From positions 248,001-312,000 of the forward strand of contig RBZT01000435.1 in assembly GCA_003693705.1 (NCBI GenBank): a DNA stretch of 64,000 bases, in the 5' to 3' direction. The notes under the pieces are model-generated. The model ran no database searches, was not told where the DNA came from, and saw only the letters and a program-made list of their open reading frames with translations. The stretch is from Polymyxa betae A26-41 (lineage: Eukaryota; Protista; Endomyxa: Phytomyxea). Shown here piece by piece: positions 39,700 to 53,896 of this stretch. Position numbers and translations under genes: made by a program. Numbering within the stretch: position 1 is the first letter of the stretch; every line of letters begins with the position of its first letter.

Positions 39700-42684
39700 T
39701 CAAGCCAAGTGGTGATGTCGACGCCCGCATGAAGGCGCGTGCAATGGTAGCGGCGGCGAGTCACGCCGTAATGTGAAAACCGATGACCTCGATCCGGTCA
39801 GCATTTGCAGCAACTCCGGTGACGCCAACACACGCTGTAGGGCGCCTTCGTAATCATCTCGTTCGAATACCTTCAGATCTGTCGATGATGCCAGGGCCTC
39901 AAGGAACAATCGCGACGTGACCCAAGGCGACGGCTGGTACAGTATTACCGGTGCCAATTCCGCCACGTACGGGATGATGGCGCTCTCGAACGGGACCGTC
40001 GATTTCTGTTGCCAGACCTGTTGCGCCATCAGCAGCAGCAGCGATTTCTCTTCGGCGCTCTGAAGCTTGCGCAACTCGACCATCAACAATTTGACGAAGG
40101 CATCGTGAACGAAATCTTCACTGGCTGCTGATAGCCGGGTGACGGCTGCCTCGCACAGGTCCTGATTGCATTCCAGCAGCAGGGCGGCGCCCATCCTTAA
40201 TGGCGGTACCTGCGCCAGGCAGATTTCGATCAACTTCTGGTAATCGGTCTCAGAGCGCCAATCATGAAGTCGTTGTGTGAAGACGTCTTGATCAAGATGA
40301 CCTGGCGACGTTTCTAACAACTGCAACGCTGATAAGATATACAGAGAGAGCATAGGCTGCCGTGGACTGAGATGCCGGAAAAGCTGAAGCAGAGACGACG
40401 AAGAAATTCGGAAGGGTAACGGCATCAACCCTGGCCATAATGAATCCGGGACTGAATCGACATCCGCTATGATTAATCGTAGCTGATCAGCAAAGGGGAG
40501 GGCCAGAAACACAGCTTGATTCGCTAAAATCAGATCACGATGGCCGCGCTCGATGAGAGAATCAACTTCGGGCGTCGACAGAGGGCGCCCGGAACCTTCC
40601 GCGCGAATCGCGAGATAATCGGCGACAAGACCGTGTTCGCTGCAAAATCGCAACATCAGCTCGTGATCGTTCGTTGTCCGGAGCGAATCCAGTGCTCGAC
40701 GAACATTGAGGTGTTTTGAGCGCCGGGCGAATTCGAACAGCTTGCTGTCGTCGCGCGATTCAACGTAGGCGTAGAGCAGACAGAAGAACTGACAATGGGC
40801 CAGCTCACAGCGGTTCTTATCGGAAAGCGAAGTGCGTTTGGCGAGGACGTCGCCGACAATCTGGACAATGTCACAATGACGGGAGGCGTCCATGCAAAGG
40901 CGGACGAGTTTGTGGAACGCCAAATTGCTGCGATTATAGAACTCGAAAGCGACCGGAAAGTTACGCTCGACGTTCCAGGCGCGATCACCGGCAAACTCGA
41001 AGAAATCAGCCGGGTCCAAGCGCAGCGATAACGACAGGAGCGAAATCTGTTCCGGAGACGGCAACAGCGCCTGGCCGGAGCGAGTCACGAACGCGCTGAC
41101 GACGATCTCGACCAGGTCAATGATAGTCGACGAACGGAACACACGTCGCACGGCCGTACTGGACCATGTCAGGAGTGGCGGATGATCTTGGACGGGCCTC
41201 GGGAGGTAGTTGCCAACGACGTAGGCTGAGATCGGCTCCGCGGTTGGGATGGTCTGCATGATGGAAAGGGCGACATCGAAATCGGCGCCGAACTCGAAGT
41301 TGACATCGGAAAGCACCAACGATACGATTTCAATCTAAAATGCAACGTGTCATTAACAGAATAAATTACACAGGGAACGGAAGCGTGTGGAAATCGAAGT
41401 TAGAGCATTGGAGAAACGTGGCACAGATAATAAAAGAGGAAAGCGATTCAGGGACAAATGGACTATTTCGACAGATAGAGTGAAAGCCGTCAAGTGTTAT
41501 GACATTACCCGGTACCATCAGTATTACTATGTGTAAATCGATGCCCGCGCTCGGAAATGGTTTATGGTGTAACAAAGGTGGAAGTGATCGGCAAATGAAG
41601 ACTGAAAGCTGTAACGACGGCAAATAATGCAAACGGCAAAGAGACCTTGAGAACGCAATTCGAAAAACTGGTAAGAGAAATCTGACCTTATCGGTAGATA
41701 TACAGAAAATGTAATTATCAAATAGAAAGTGTTGATCTGATTCTGGGACAATCTGTGTAGAGATCGGGCTACCTTTCAGTTCCAGGCTGAACAGTTCCAA
41801 GATTGATCGCGATGATGTGTAGACCGACCATACAGGTCCCTGCCGAGACACTCAATCTCCGCATGGATCGACCAGCCTTGCACGCCTTTACCTCTCGATG
41901 ATGTGTCTGCAGCTGGATACGAACGCCGCTCCGGAATCGTGCCATGCAAACGGCCCGACGCTTCTCCAGCCAATGATAGGCACCAGCAGCGTCTCTCAAC
42001 AAAAGCCGGCCACGTTCAAGTCCATGAACGCCCTGAATCTCGACGATATCCACCTAAACCTACAACGTTAGTATGATATAGGTTCAGGAAGGCTGAACTG
42101 CTTACATCGACATCGATGGCATCCTGCGATGCCAGTTCGACATCCAGTACCAGGGCACCGCCGCGGTTCTTTGCCAGCACTAACTGATCGCGGCCGTCAT
42201 CACGCCACCAGCAGCTAGCCTGGGGCCTCACAGGCGCATCCAGCCGGAAATACTCGAATTCGATATGCGGTGATCGAATGGCCTGGTCGATGTCGACGAA
42301 ATGGACGGATTCGCAACCAACTAGCGCCAGACGAGTGCCGTCCGGTGCCAGCACCAAAGCGGCGCACGGATCCGGCTCGGGCAATGCAAAGGATTTCACA
42401 TAAGGCTGGCAGCGGCCCACCTGGTAATTCAGCCAAAGGCGTCCGGCGCTGACGACGATCAGCAGCTGCTGACTGTCGCCATAGTAATGGGCGGCAACCA
42501 GATCAGCGCCCTGCGACGGCGACGAGACGAAGACCGGCGACAATTCGAACAGGGCGACGCCGGTTCCAACCTCCGCCTGGGTCACTGACTCTGCCGGCAG
42601 GCCCACGTCCGAGACGTCGACGTCGTCATCGACGACGCTGTCGCCGTATTGACCGGCCGTGCTGCTTGTGCTGCAGCGCGACAT
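39700..42684 (-). CDS. Large uncharacterised beta-propeller + alpha-solenoid protein (possibly claret-like trafficking factor)
   Basis: Long ORFs 42016-42690 and 39700-41319 are linked through an internal exon by introns. Family call is from recalled resemblance only. Confidence 0.7.
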
Positions 42685-43466
42685 AGGCAATAGGGGCGGA
42701 TCGCGTCCTGGCCGTGCGTATACCGTAGCGTCGCGATGCCTGCTTGGTTGGGGGGCGGCGTCTCCCAGTCGGCTTGGCCGGAGCGAAATGCTTCAATAGC
42801 CGCTGAATCATTAACGTTTTTAGCGGAGAGCATCAGGGATGAGTAATTGGACGGAACTTGTTCATGGAGAAGAACATTCTAAAACCAAACCAGAGCGATA
42901 AGATAACTCAGGGATGAGTCGTTAACGCAATTCTCGACGAATTGCACTTAGAGAACAGAATCGTCCAACCTTGATTTGAAGTACATTGTTACTAAGAGAG
43001 CGTTTAGGAAAGAATCATGTTATTAAGCATTCCTTAATACGAGAAATAAACACAATTTACTGTTAGGCTTGTGAGTATGCTCAACCCATAAACTGCTCTG
43101 AATTACATTTTCATTCCATAGCCAAATGAAAGGGTATTAACTCTTCCCCTTGTGCAGAATGAAGCACGGTACCAACCCTGAGAACGGCTTCCAGACATCA
43201 GTTGACACGCGGGATCGCTAACGCAGATTTTCGTCAAGAGCAACAGCAATCGGATTCATGAAGCAAACCCAATCTAGGTTGAACGCCATGAGCTTTTATC
43301 TGATCGAGGATCAGCTCGCCAGAGGTTGATATTCTTTCTAACGATGTGTAAATGATCGAGTGAATAATGAGTGAAGGTTTTTCGATGAGGGTGGCGAACC
43401 CCCCTGAAGAGAAGGTGGGGCCCATGATCAGGCTCGGACTGCGGCCTCTCCTGACCTGGGAATTTG

Positions 43467-46400
43467 ATGGTACTCCGCCAAGCCATCAACCACAGTATTG
43501 TTCCAATCCGCTCGCTGCGCTCAGCTGCTTCCCGAATACTCCAACCGTCTCGCAAAAGCGTCATTATGGAGCAGCGTCGTGAGCAGCCCGTTTGGTTGGA
43601 GCCGGTGCGGTCGCTGTCGGCCACTCCGCTGCAGGTCTTCAATAGTCTTACCTTGACCAAGACATCGTTTGTTCCCGTAAAGTCAAAACATGGTAATTGG
43701 AAGTTTACTGTTTCGTATTGATGCTCGCTTATAGCCGCAATAAAAGGTTTCATTGTTGTTCTGGATAGAATCATTTTGTTATTCCTTTTTCTATTATTGG
43801 CTTATGATATACTCAGTCGGCTGGTATGCATGTGGTCCAACCGTCTACGATTCCGCTCACCTTGGACACGCTCGAGCCTATGTGACGTTCGATATTATTC
43901 GACGAATTTTGCAAGATTACTTTGGCTATGACATCACGTTTGTGATGAATATCACTGATGTCGATGATAAGATCATCCTTCGTGCCCGTCGTAATCATCT
44001 ATTCAAACAGTATGCAGAAGACCCTGCGACTACACCTGAACGCATTTCTGCCGATTTCCAGAATTCTATCGAGAAAGCTCAGGCATCGCAAATGAAGAAA
44101 ATCGAGCAGCTTCAATCTCTTGTTGCGAACGCTGAATCTCAGCGAAGGTCTATTTGCCAAGGTCTCGGGATATTCAATTGTTGCTAATCAATGCTATGAT
44201 TTTAGGAAGGAGGAACTCTCAGCCAAAGTCGATGAAGAAAGGCTGAAGCTTGCTAAAATTCAAGAAATATCCGCAAACTTTGCAAAGGCTTCCGGAAAGG
44301 ATGCCATGCTGGAAGCTGGCAAAGAATTCCTGTCAGCATGGCTGGACGACCAGTTGGGCGCTTCTGTCACCGACCATTCTATCTTCCGTCAGCATGCAGC
44401 ATATTATGAAGCCGAATTTCTGGCAGACATGGCACAGCTAAACGTTCGAGAGCCTGATGTGCTTACTCGTGTCAGTGAATATGTCCCCCAGATAGAATCG
44501 TTCGTTGCTGGATTGATTCAAAAAGGTTTTGTAAATCTTGTATGGCTTTCGCAGCGGTTAATTGTTGTTCAGGGTTCGCCTATGAGACGAACGGCTCGGT
44601 GTATTTCGATGTTGACAAATTCGACTCCACTCCCGGCTGTCATTATGCTAAACTATGCCCTTGGTCGGTCGGCAATGAGACATTGCAGGACGAGGGAGAA
44701 GGTGCTTTGAAAGGCGCCGACCGCAAACGCAATCGCAACGATTTTGCGTTGTGGAAGAAATCGAAATCCGGTGAGCCGGCCTGGGAATCGCGCTGGGGCC
44801 TGGGTCGTCCCGGATGGCATATCGAGTGCTCGGTGATGGCGTCTGATATATTGGGATCTCAGTTCGATATTCATTCTGGTGGTGAAGATCTCAAGTTCCC
44901 CCATGTCAGTCCAGGGTTGCGGCCTCCGTTTGTCATTTCTCATCCCTTTGTTTATCTTTCCCCATTATTGGTTGACTATTGATTGCTTTGCCTCTTTGAT
45001 TTGTTGCTACTCACAGAAGCTTTTGCGTTTGTTATTCAGAAAAGCGTTCTTGGACACTGTTTTATGCCTGAAATCATGCTGTGGCTTTGCATTTCTGTTT
45101 TGTGCTCCCAACGTATTGCTGACGGATATTGCAGCATGATAATGAGATCGCTCAATCCGAGGCCTTCTTCGGTTGTCAGCAATGGGTGAACTATTTCTTG
45201 CATGCTGGCCATCTGTCAATTGATGGGCTGAAAATGTCGAAGTCGCTAAAGAACTTCATTACAATCCGGGAGGCCTTACAAGAATACACGCCGCGACAGA
45301 TTCGATTGTTGTTCTTGCTACAAGGCTGGGATAAGTCTATGAACTGTATGTTCTCGTACTGTTTCAAATTCCGCATCGAAATCGTTCTGATGCTCTATAT
45401 AGTCAATAACCAGAGTCTGGATGAAGCAGTCTCTAAAGAGAAGCGACTCAACGAATTCTTTAAATCCGCAGATGTTCACATCCGACGTGGCTTTGCTGGA
45501 AATCAGGTAACTCTTTTATCGACAATCTTTTGAAACACATAACAATGATTCCTGGGTTTTTGTTCTCTTTTCTTCCTTGTTTAAGGCATCCTTGACTGAA
45601 GTTTTGCACTTGTTTAGGTTTGGAAGAAATCTGATCGCGAGATTCACGAGAAGCTTTTGGCAATCCAGTCCACTGTACATGATAGCCTGTTGGATAATTT
45701 CGATTACCCAGCAGCTATGGGCGCCATCTTCGAATTATTGGGCGACAGTAACAAATACCTAGCTTCTAACCCTGAGCCGATGCCACTGCTGCTCAAGAAA
45801 ATCGCCACTTATTTCACTCGAATGCTGAAGATATTTGGTGTTATTGCCGACAACGATCTCGGATTCAGCTCGGAATCTAGTCGCGGAGGCCAAAATGCCA
45901 TGCTTTCGTCGATCCTGGACGCTGTATGTCGCATCCCGAAATTTCTTCTCCAAACTCAACCTGTCATAGCTTACCAACTTCCGCAGCGAGATCCGTCAAT
46001 CAGCCCGTAATGGCGAGTCTGCAAAATCGATTTTGGATGCCTGCGATCGATTACGGGATGATATTCTACCCGATTTAGGCGTGCGGCTTGAAGATAAAAC
46101 TGCCAATTCAATCTGGAAGTTAGACGATCCGGAGACGATGCGTCGCGAAAGGGAAGAAGCTGAAGCACAGGCCAGGATTCGTCAGCTCAAGAAGCTTGAG
46201 ACCAAGTTGAATTTAAAACAGACCGAACTGCAACGCCTTCGGAAAAACCTCGGCGATCCAACGTTATTGTTCAAAACAGACCCACCTTCCTATTTAGAAT
46301 TTGACACCGATGGCCTTCCTACAATCAACTTGGACGGATCCCCCGTCTCCGAAAAGAATCGTGCTAAATTATTGAAGTCCTTGGCCAAGTTTAAAGAGGC

Positions 46401-46494
46401 TCATGAAAAGGCTCGTGCTGACCCTGACAAAGAGCAAGCGCTAAAAGCCGAATGTGACTCCCTTACACTCCAGATAGCGAACTTGTCCATATAA
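43467..46494 (+). CDS. CARS1: Cysteinyl-tRNA synthetase, multi-exon
   Basis: [48 protein letters not shown]|[13 protein letters not shown]. Confidence 0.97.
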
Positions 46495-46898
46495 ACATAC
46501 TGTAGAATCTAGTGTTACAACTATTTTAACGCTATCCCATATGTATTGGCAGCCTAAATGTTTTCAGAACATTTCTTATGTATAAATCTGGCTACCCGAA
46601 GCTGCGGTAGATCTCGAGCAATGAGCCTTGATGCCGGGTTCATTGTACGGCCACCTTCATAGTTCGATTTCGTGTAAGACATTTCAGATTATAGGCGCGA
46701 TGGTCGACTTTTGTCAACTTCTGAGAACAAGCTTGCCTCGTTTGAGCCAGATTGGCGATTATTGCCAAAGTCTGCTCCTTCATTATCCAGGTGCCGATGT
46801 CTTCAAACATGTTTTTATGACTGTTGTTTCTCCCATTAATAATTTTTTTTTATCAAAAACCATGCCAGGATTCTTAGATGTATTGGACAAGAGGGGAT

Positions 46899-47957
46899 TC
46901 ATTGGTGCTCGTGGGCGCACAGGCAGGCACCCATTAAGAGCATACCGCTCAAGAGCGCCCAAGTGACAACACGGTCGTTGGGGTCATATCTTCTGGCCAG
47001 CGGCAACAGCTCCCGAGTCGACACAAACACCATCATGCCAGCCACCATACCATGCGTCACGCCAAACGCGAAATCCGACATGAACGCGATCAGGACAACA
47101 TAACCTAGAACAGCACCCAGGAACTGGACGATTCCGCTCATCGATGACCATATGAACGCCCTCCATCTGCTTCCGGTAGCGAAATACAGCGGCATTGCCA
47201 CACATAATCTGAGAATATTCTGTCAGGAATCGAGAGGGGCCGGTCGCGAACCAACCCTTCCAGTATGTTATGCAAACCCATCGCCACACTAATCGACAGG
47301 CCGACTTTTACATTGCTCAACGTAGCCATGAACGTCGTGAGCCCTTCCGGGCTGTGAGAATGTTAGGACAAAAAAGCAGCTCGTTTGCTCAGATTACATG
47401 TTGTGAAGGGCTACAGCCAGAGCAGCGACCAGTGACGCGCGCCTCAAATCGCGGTCGTGTTTTGCGGAAGCGTTCGCCTTCTCGACGTCGCTATCCGATT
47501 TTTCGGCCGAATCGATATGATCGGGATGGTCCCCATGGTCATGACCCAAACGATGGAGGATAAAGTCCAAAAGGGCAACGAACACCATTCCAGCAAAGAG
47601 AAACAACGTAGCAAGTTGAAAGCCACGTCTTTCGAAAACGTCTTGATCGTCTTTAGGCAGCGAATCCCAATCCTGGCCCTTCGGTACGAACGATCTCGCA
47701 AATTTTTCATTGGATTCCTTCAAAATCTCCACGAACGACACGAAGAGCATGACGCCAGCTGATAGACCCAGCGATCCGGCCAGGATGAGCTTATCCTGAA
47801 GGCGGACGAAGAACGCCGCCATGCTGCCCAAGGTCGTGGCCAGCGAAGCCCCGAACGTGAATAGAAACCCTAGAGGTCATTCAGCTACGAGCTTGGGGCG
47901 GTGTCAGCACCAACCGAGCCAGACATTGGACATTGATTCAGTGATATTGGTTGGCAT
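46899..47957 (-). CDS. ZIP family (ZupT/GufA-like) metal transporter
   Basis: GLSAGVML, His-rich loop HDHGDHPDH, AVALHN..PEG, GLHNILEG, GMVAGMMVFVS.RELLP. Confidence 0.93.
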
Positions 47958-48916
47958 CTTTCGCTGGCCTACACACGAGCTTGGTCGTGTAGTGGTTCGG
48001 GGTCGGGCTCATGGGGACACCCCATCACTCGAGTCGGGTCGGAGATCGCGCACTAAATTTCCGTTCGTGACCCCCCGTGCTCGGCCAATGCTGGACCGCC
48101 AGAGGCGTCTCGTCACCGTCGCCGGCGCTGCTCACTTTGGTTTAGTAAATACCCAGGGTTGGCGTCGGCAGACTGTTACGATCATCATCCCGCTTCGAGA
48201 TCGTTTTTTGGCATTGTAGTCGAGCAGCTGCATTGCTGCAACCTTGCAGCTCGTCCTTTGAGCTGAAGCTTAAAATCATTATGAAGATGTTCTTTCAAAT
48301 TTACGTTGTCGCTTTCATGGGCCAAAATCCTCTTTTAAAGTGATCTTGCTTAACTCTTTGTCTAGATTTCCTTTCTTATTTATATTTCTTATCGGCATTC
48401 TGCTAACTTTTCGTTGTACATTGCTAATGTATCTATTCGCATTTTTTTAGCCTGGTTAAATTGGTCTCATTCTGTCAGCAAGCACTCACGCCAGCGTCAT
48501 TGCTCATACAAGTCTTGTTAGCCCGAAAATTAATGCTTATCATCTACAGGAAACAACTGGTTTCGGGACCAACGTTAGAAGCTTTCCGAATTACGCAGCC
48601 AAGTCTTAATAAACATAAGAAGAGAACATTTATCTCATATTGCAAAAAACATGCTCATATTTATGATCTTTCACGTTCTGCTTTACAAACCCCTCTTATT
48701 AGAAAGTTCAGCATAAAATGAATATACTGTAGTACCATTTGGAGCTTCGCTATCTCTATCGAGGCTTCAAGCTGACATTTTCTGATATCAAAACGGGTTA
48801 TAGCGAGGCGATAGCCACGTCATACCGAGATTGATATCGGCGTCTTCTATGACGAGCTGCTGCTGATAGGTCGGCGTCCATCCCATTCCCATCGTTAGTC
48901 AGACCTGAGCCGACCG

Positions 48917-49844
48917 ATGCCGATCTCGTCGCAAACGGCCCGGTCGGTGACCGGGATCGCGGCTTCCATGAAGATCGACGAGCACCAGCGCAAGGCTCTG
49001 GAAAACACCCGATATTCATATGTTGGTCCTGTTGTTAACACAGGTCGAACCGCTAAACAGGTCGTTAAAAAAGTCGATCGTCGTAAGGCTGCATTGCTGA
49101 TTTTTTAACTGGTTAAGACTCGTACATTTTGTAGCCATTCTGTTATTTGGTTTGTTACAAGAAGCATTCTGATGTTTTGAAACAGCGCTGCGATATGGAG
49201 AGATATTCAGGCGAATGTCGTCGAAAGAGTTACATGACCTCATGCTTGATAACTTGGACCCGAATGAATCCATATTTCAGCTGGAAGAGGGCGTCCAGGG
49301 AGGCGATCAGAAATCTGAAGGCGCCTGCCAGCTGGGGCGCCCATCTGGCAGTCACGTCGTCTGCGTCGAGAAGTCGTCCAACGTCGAGGGATTGTGTGAC
49401 CATTTCCTCCTGCTGGATCTTCGCTCTGTGGAGGCTTTCAATCGGGCGCACATCTCGAAGGCTCGTTCGTACCCGTCCTTGCAGATTCGCAGGGATAAGA
49501 TGACGGTCGAACTCACGAGATTCAAACAAGCGGAGAAGAAGCCGGTTATCGTCTATTCGGACAATGAAAAGGAGGCGACCGAGATCGGGACGTTGCTCAT
49601 ACAGAAACACTTCCCGAACATTTACGTGCTGTCGAGCAGCTTCGAGAAGTACGCCTTCCGGTTTCCAGAGGACATTGTCGGCGACGTGCCGAAGCCACCG
49701 AAGAAAACTGAGAAGAAGCGTTTGCCGCTTAACGTTTACGTACCGAAGCGTGTAGTCGATAACGACGTGACCAGTCAAGGCTCGGTTCGAGGTACAACCG
49801 TAGCGTCGTCAGTGGTCTCGTCAGCTCCATGGAGGCCTGCATGA
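48917..49844 (+). CDS. CEP41: CEP41-like rhodanese-fold centrosomal/ciliary protein
   Basis: NTRYSYVGPVVNTG, EIFRRM, FLLLDLR..AHI..ARSYP, VIVYSDNE, FPNIYVLS, terminal PWR. Confidence 0.85.
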
Positions 49845-50134
49845 TATCTTTCCTCCAGTAATACATTTATCTCATATCAACTTATGCAACATCTAAAATA
49901 GCGCTGACAAAACCTGATCACGTAATCCTTCATTCGCGTTTTTAGGAAGCTTGCGCCATGCGATTTCTATTACCGAGACGAAGAAAGAATTCAATATTCA
50001 TTCATCTGAGTCTCAAGATGACGATTCTCCTGGCAATAAATTTGAAAGAAATGCTCCCAGCATGCATTGATATCACTCGAAATCTCAAAAGTGGACATGA
50101 GAGAGAGGCGATAACAGAGCAAGATGTTTTTAAT

Positions 50135-51523
50135 TCAGTCGGAGCTAATCTGGCCAAAATCTGACGTAATCTTTACATCTTTGAATGTTCCGTCTTCGTT
50201 TAGCATCTCGGGTCTAGCAGCAATACCGAGATGAACAATTCGATCGCCTTGGACATTTGCCGGATTCGTTGATTTCCCTACAACGACTCCATCTTCGGGT
50301 GCCACATATTTCTTAATCACAAACCCGAAGATATCTACAACCGATGCCAGAAATTGATGTTTTGAAACAAAATCCGCGCATCGTGGAACGACATCCAGAA
50401 CGCCACCGACATCGGTCTGCATCCAGTACGAATGGCTGCAGACGACGGTCGGCGGCCTGGTTTCGTCAAATTCCCGAAACTCAGGCACTTCAATCAATCC
50501 AAGATCGTCCAGGACTCTCGCTATTCCAGAATACGTTAATCCGATCAAGGTTCTGTTAAAGCTGGTGGAGTCGCCGATCTCGATTGTGATACAATCGATG
50601 CCTCGCGCAGCGCAGCAGGCTCGCAACGTGCCGCTTCCGCCATCCCCACCCGTCCCAACCTACAATAACAAATCAACAAATGGTAGCATTAAATCCTATC
50701 TGCTGACATTATGGACGATGATTTGGGGCTGGATCAGCCGAGCTAATCGTGCTACAGACGGAATTCGCATGTCTGCTCGAACGTACTATAGTAATAGGTG
50801 ATGAAAGCGCCTCAAGCGCTCGCAACGAAACAGCTTACGAATGAGTTATGGCGCCCGAACGAGGCCGTGTGAAGATCGATCAAAACATCGCAATTAGCCA
50901 CGACCTTTTCGAATAGGTTCTTGCAGTACTGCTGGCTGCGAGTGGGATTGCCGATACCTTTCTCTTTTTTGAATGCATTTCCGAAGCATCGGTTCAGATC
51001 CGCTCCATCCTATACAGAATCGCCATCTGTTTCAATCCATGGCAATTCCACGATGACGAACCTGATAGAACCGCGTAGCATTTTCGAATCCGAACTGATT
51101 ACAGCACGGGATAGCCAGCACGGAACCGCTCAGATTGCAGACGTGCGGCGCCAGATCATGAAAGATCTTCTGAATTGTCGGAATGCCGGCGACTTCATTG
51201 CCATGAATAGCGGCGGTTAGTCCGACAACCTTTCCTGGTTTCGTTCCTTTGGCAAGCATCACCGGGACCGTGATCGGCGATCCGAAAGCATCCATGACGA
51301 TCGTCACCCACATGACACTGATCTCGCCGGCAGGCCAATCACCGATATCCACCAACGAGACCTGAGGAACGGTTTTATTCGGCTTCGCCGAAAAATAGTA
51401 GATGATCTCGCGAATACTCTGGCGCCGGGCCATGACAGGTTCGCGGTCAGCTAATGGCGACCCCATCGGATGGACGGTCTCGTTATCATCGGACTCGGGA
51501 TTTTGAAGATGCTTCTCGCCCAT
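50135..51523 (-). CDS. Succinylglutamate desuccinylase/aspartoacylase family metallohydrolase, multi-exon
   Basis: AAIHGNEVAG, DLNRCF, IDLHTASFGR, ITIEIGD and C-terminal hybrid-like domain. Confidence 0.9.
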
Positions 51524-52962
51524 CTTGGGCGAATGCAGCACCAACCGGTTTACGGCCCTTCCGCTTCGTCCGAGACGACGATCGGCAGATCGAAGGAGCT
51601 GTCAAGCTGAGATATGAAACCGATTAAACAAATGGGCGACTGCCTATACCAGTAGCACTGTATGTTACCTTTCATTACAGTCAGTTTCTGGAAGGTCTAA
51701 TAGAGTTAGTAACGTAATCGGCCCCATCACCCCAACGACTGGGGTGAACGATGACTCAGCCGGCCTTTTGACCAATCTTGTATCTGTATGGTCTAGAATG
51801 CTTCTAGGTTGGTAGGGCTTCGAGCAGACCGGGCAAGAGATGATTTCGGGCGAGGATCTCATGAACCTGTCCACCATCACGACTCTTTGAAAATCGCTTG
51901 TTGATAGCGCCGATGATTTCATGGTCAGGATGGCTTACTAAGGCCAACATCTTGTACGAAGCAGAGCGATGGTTGATTTATGCCTTCGAAACATCATGAA
52001 ATTAACCGTCTTATTGCTTGATTTTGTTTGTTTTTTTCTCATAGGAATCTTTCATGTAATTTGCAATTAGACGTAAGTAACTTCTTATTGGGATTTGAGC
52101 ATTTATTTCCTGTACTGCAACGTCTAATACGCTGTCAAACAACGCCAAGCTGATCAGGATCAATCCATGTTCCAATTCTAAACTGACGATTCTGTATTGG
52201 GCGAAAACGTGTATGTCAAGTGTCATAGCAATGCAAGACTGTGAAAACATGTAGTGGACAGCAGCATCTGAGTTTGCAGTCAGTTGGTTCGGTTTTTCTC
52301 AAGCAATTGAAATGAACGATGAGTAGAGTGATACACCACGCGACCATTTTCGCTTCATATTGAATCAATATGAAAAGATCGCCTGGGAGCAAAAACATCG
52401 TTGTGGTTTGCAGTATAGATTGAGGAAGATTTTACACGACTGACGGAGACGCAGAGCGAGGCTTTCTTGCTTCAGCAACGCCGTTTCGGGTTGCATTCGA
52501 AAGCGCGTCGGGAAATCTAGCGAGTTATTGGTTGGTTAGGAGCAAGTTCAATCATCAAGATGGCACTAATTACAATCCCGATGATCAACTTGAAGCGTGT
52601 AAAAATTCTCCATGTGCACTAATCGACGCTGCTCAACTTCTTGAAAAGATATGAACAAACCAAAAGTGATTGTAATGGAACAGTTAATGCTGAAGGCCCA
52701 GGTTCCATTCTATCAAAGCGATGCCTGAGTACTACCGCCGTTTGTTGACAACCATCAACAACTAGTATAATCGAATCCAGGGTCATGGAATCTGTGATTC
52801 TTACAGAATCTTAAGCATTATTAAATTCTTGTATTAATAAATACGATCGCATTTCGTTATTAGCAGGCGATGCAGGGCGTCGGTTGATCTCTCTCGCCAT
52901 GGCGAATCTGTGCAGACGCAGTTCAGCTGCCATGGCATTGATTATATCAAACGCTTTGTAGA

Positions 52963-53896
52963 TCAGTGATCCTGCTCGAAAATTCCAGGGCAATGCTCTT
53001 TAAGTTCTTGAGCATCGGCGTATTTGGCACCACAGAACAGGCAGAAGAAATAACGATGCCTTAAATACGTCAGAACTTCGTCAAGTTTGTCTTCAACAGC
53101 AATCGCTTTCTGTTCGACGGTCGTCTGCTTCTGTGCATGACGCGTTCGCGTCTCTTCAAGATCCTTGCAATATTCCAGTTCGAAACCGAAACTATCATAA
53201 ACCGGGTCGAAGGTTCCCTTCAACACCGACGAGGTCGGATCGTGACAATCGAACCACATGAAATTCAGAACAACGCCATTCTTCTCATCCAGGTCACGAC
53301 AAGCTCGCTGGGCTTGTTGCAAGCGTTGCTGGGTCTGTCTCAAAGCGAATTTGTTACTCATAGCATGACGGAATCGGTCACCCATCGCTTGCCTAGCTCT
53401 CATCTCCAAGCGTAGCTTCCGCTCCAGCGCTTCATCTTGAGCACGTTTCAGGCCCAAACCGCCCCTCGATCCTTTTACTCAAATTCAGAAAAAAATCAAA
53501 CTATGCAATTAGCATTATACCAATAGAAGAAACATCGATGCCGACTGGTTCATGGGTGGTTCGAGCAGAATCTTTGCCGATTCCCATCCCCGGACGAAAT
53601 CCCATTCGCATCCTACACAGATTTGGAATGTCATTTTCCTGACACCAACGTTGATGAGATCGAGTAAAAAAATCAAAAGTTGAAATAGCAAACGAAATCA
53701 GCAATGATTACAAACAGACATTTAAAGCAATGACATACAGGAGCTGATGGCCTTTGTTGGATTCCGGAATCGGGCAGGACAATCCAGCTTGAAGTCGGTC
53801 GGCGGCTGAAAGGTTAGCAGCCGTCTGCCGTTCCTTGGAGCGCATCGGCTGTTCCTCGAATTGCATCGACATGTAGTCATCATGATCGGATGGCAT
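52963..53896 (-). CDS. GPATCH11: G-patch protein with C-terminal DUF4187-type domain
   Basis: DDYMSM, PIPESNKGHQLL|MRMGFRPGMGIGK, LTYLRHRYFFCLFCGAKY..CPG..EQDH. Confidence 0.9.

Noticed and set aside
45544-45599. C/D-like boxes in a CysRS intron with rRNA-like complementarity
   Set aside because: Box C is imperfect, the span is short and the CTGA sits at the branch-point position.
51665-52400. Small ORFs including a CPVC motif
   Set aside because: Could not be assembled into a credible gene.
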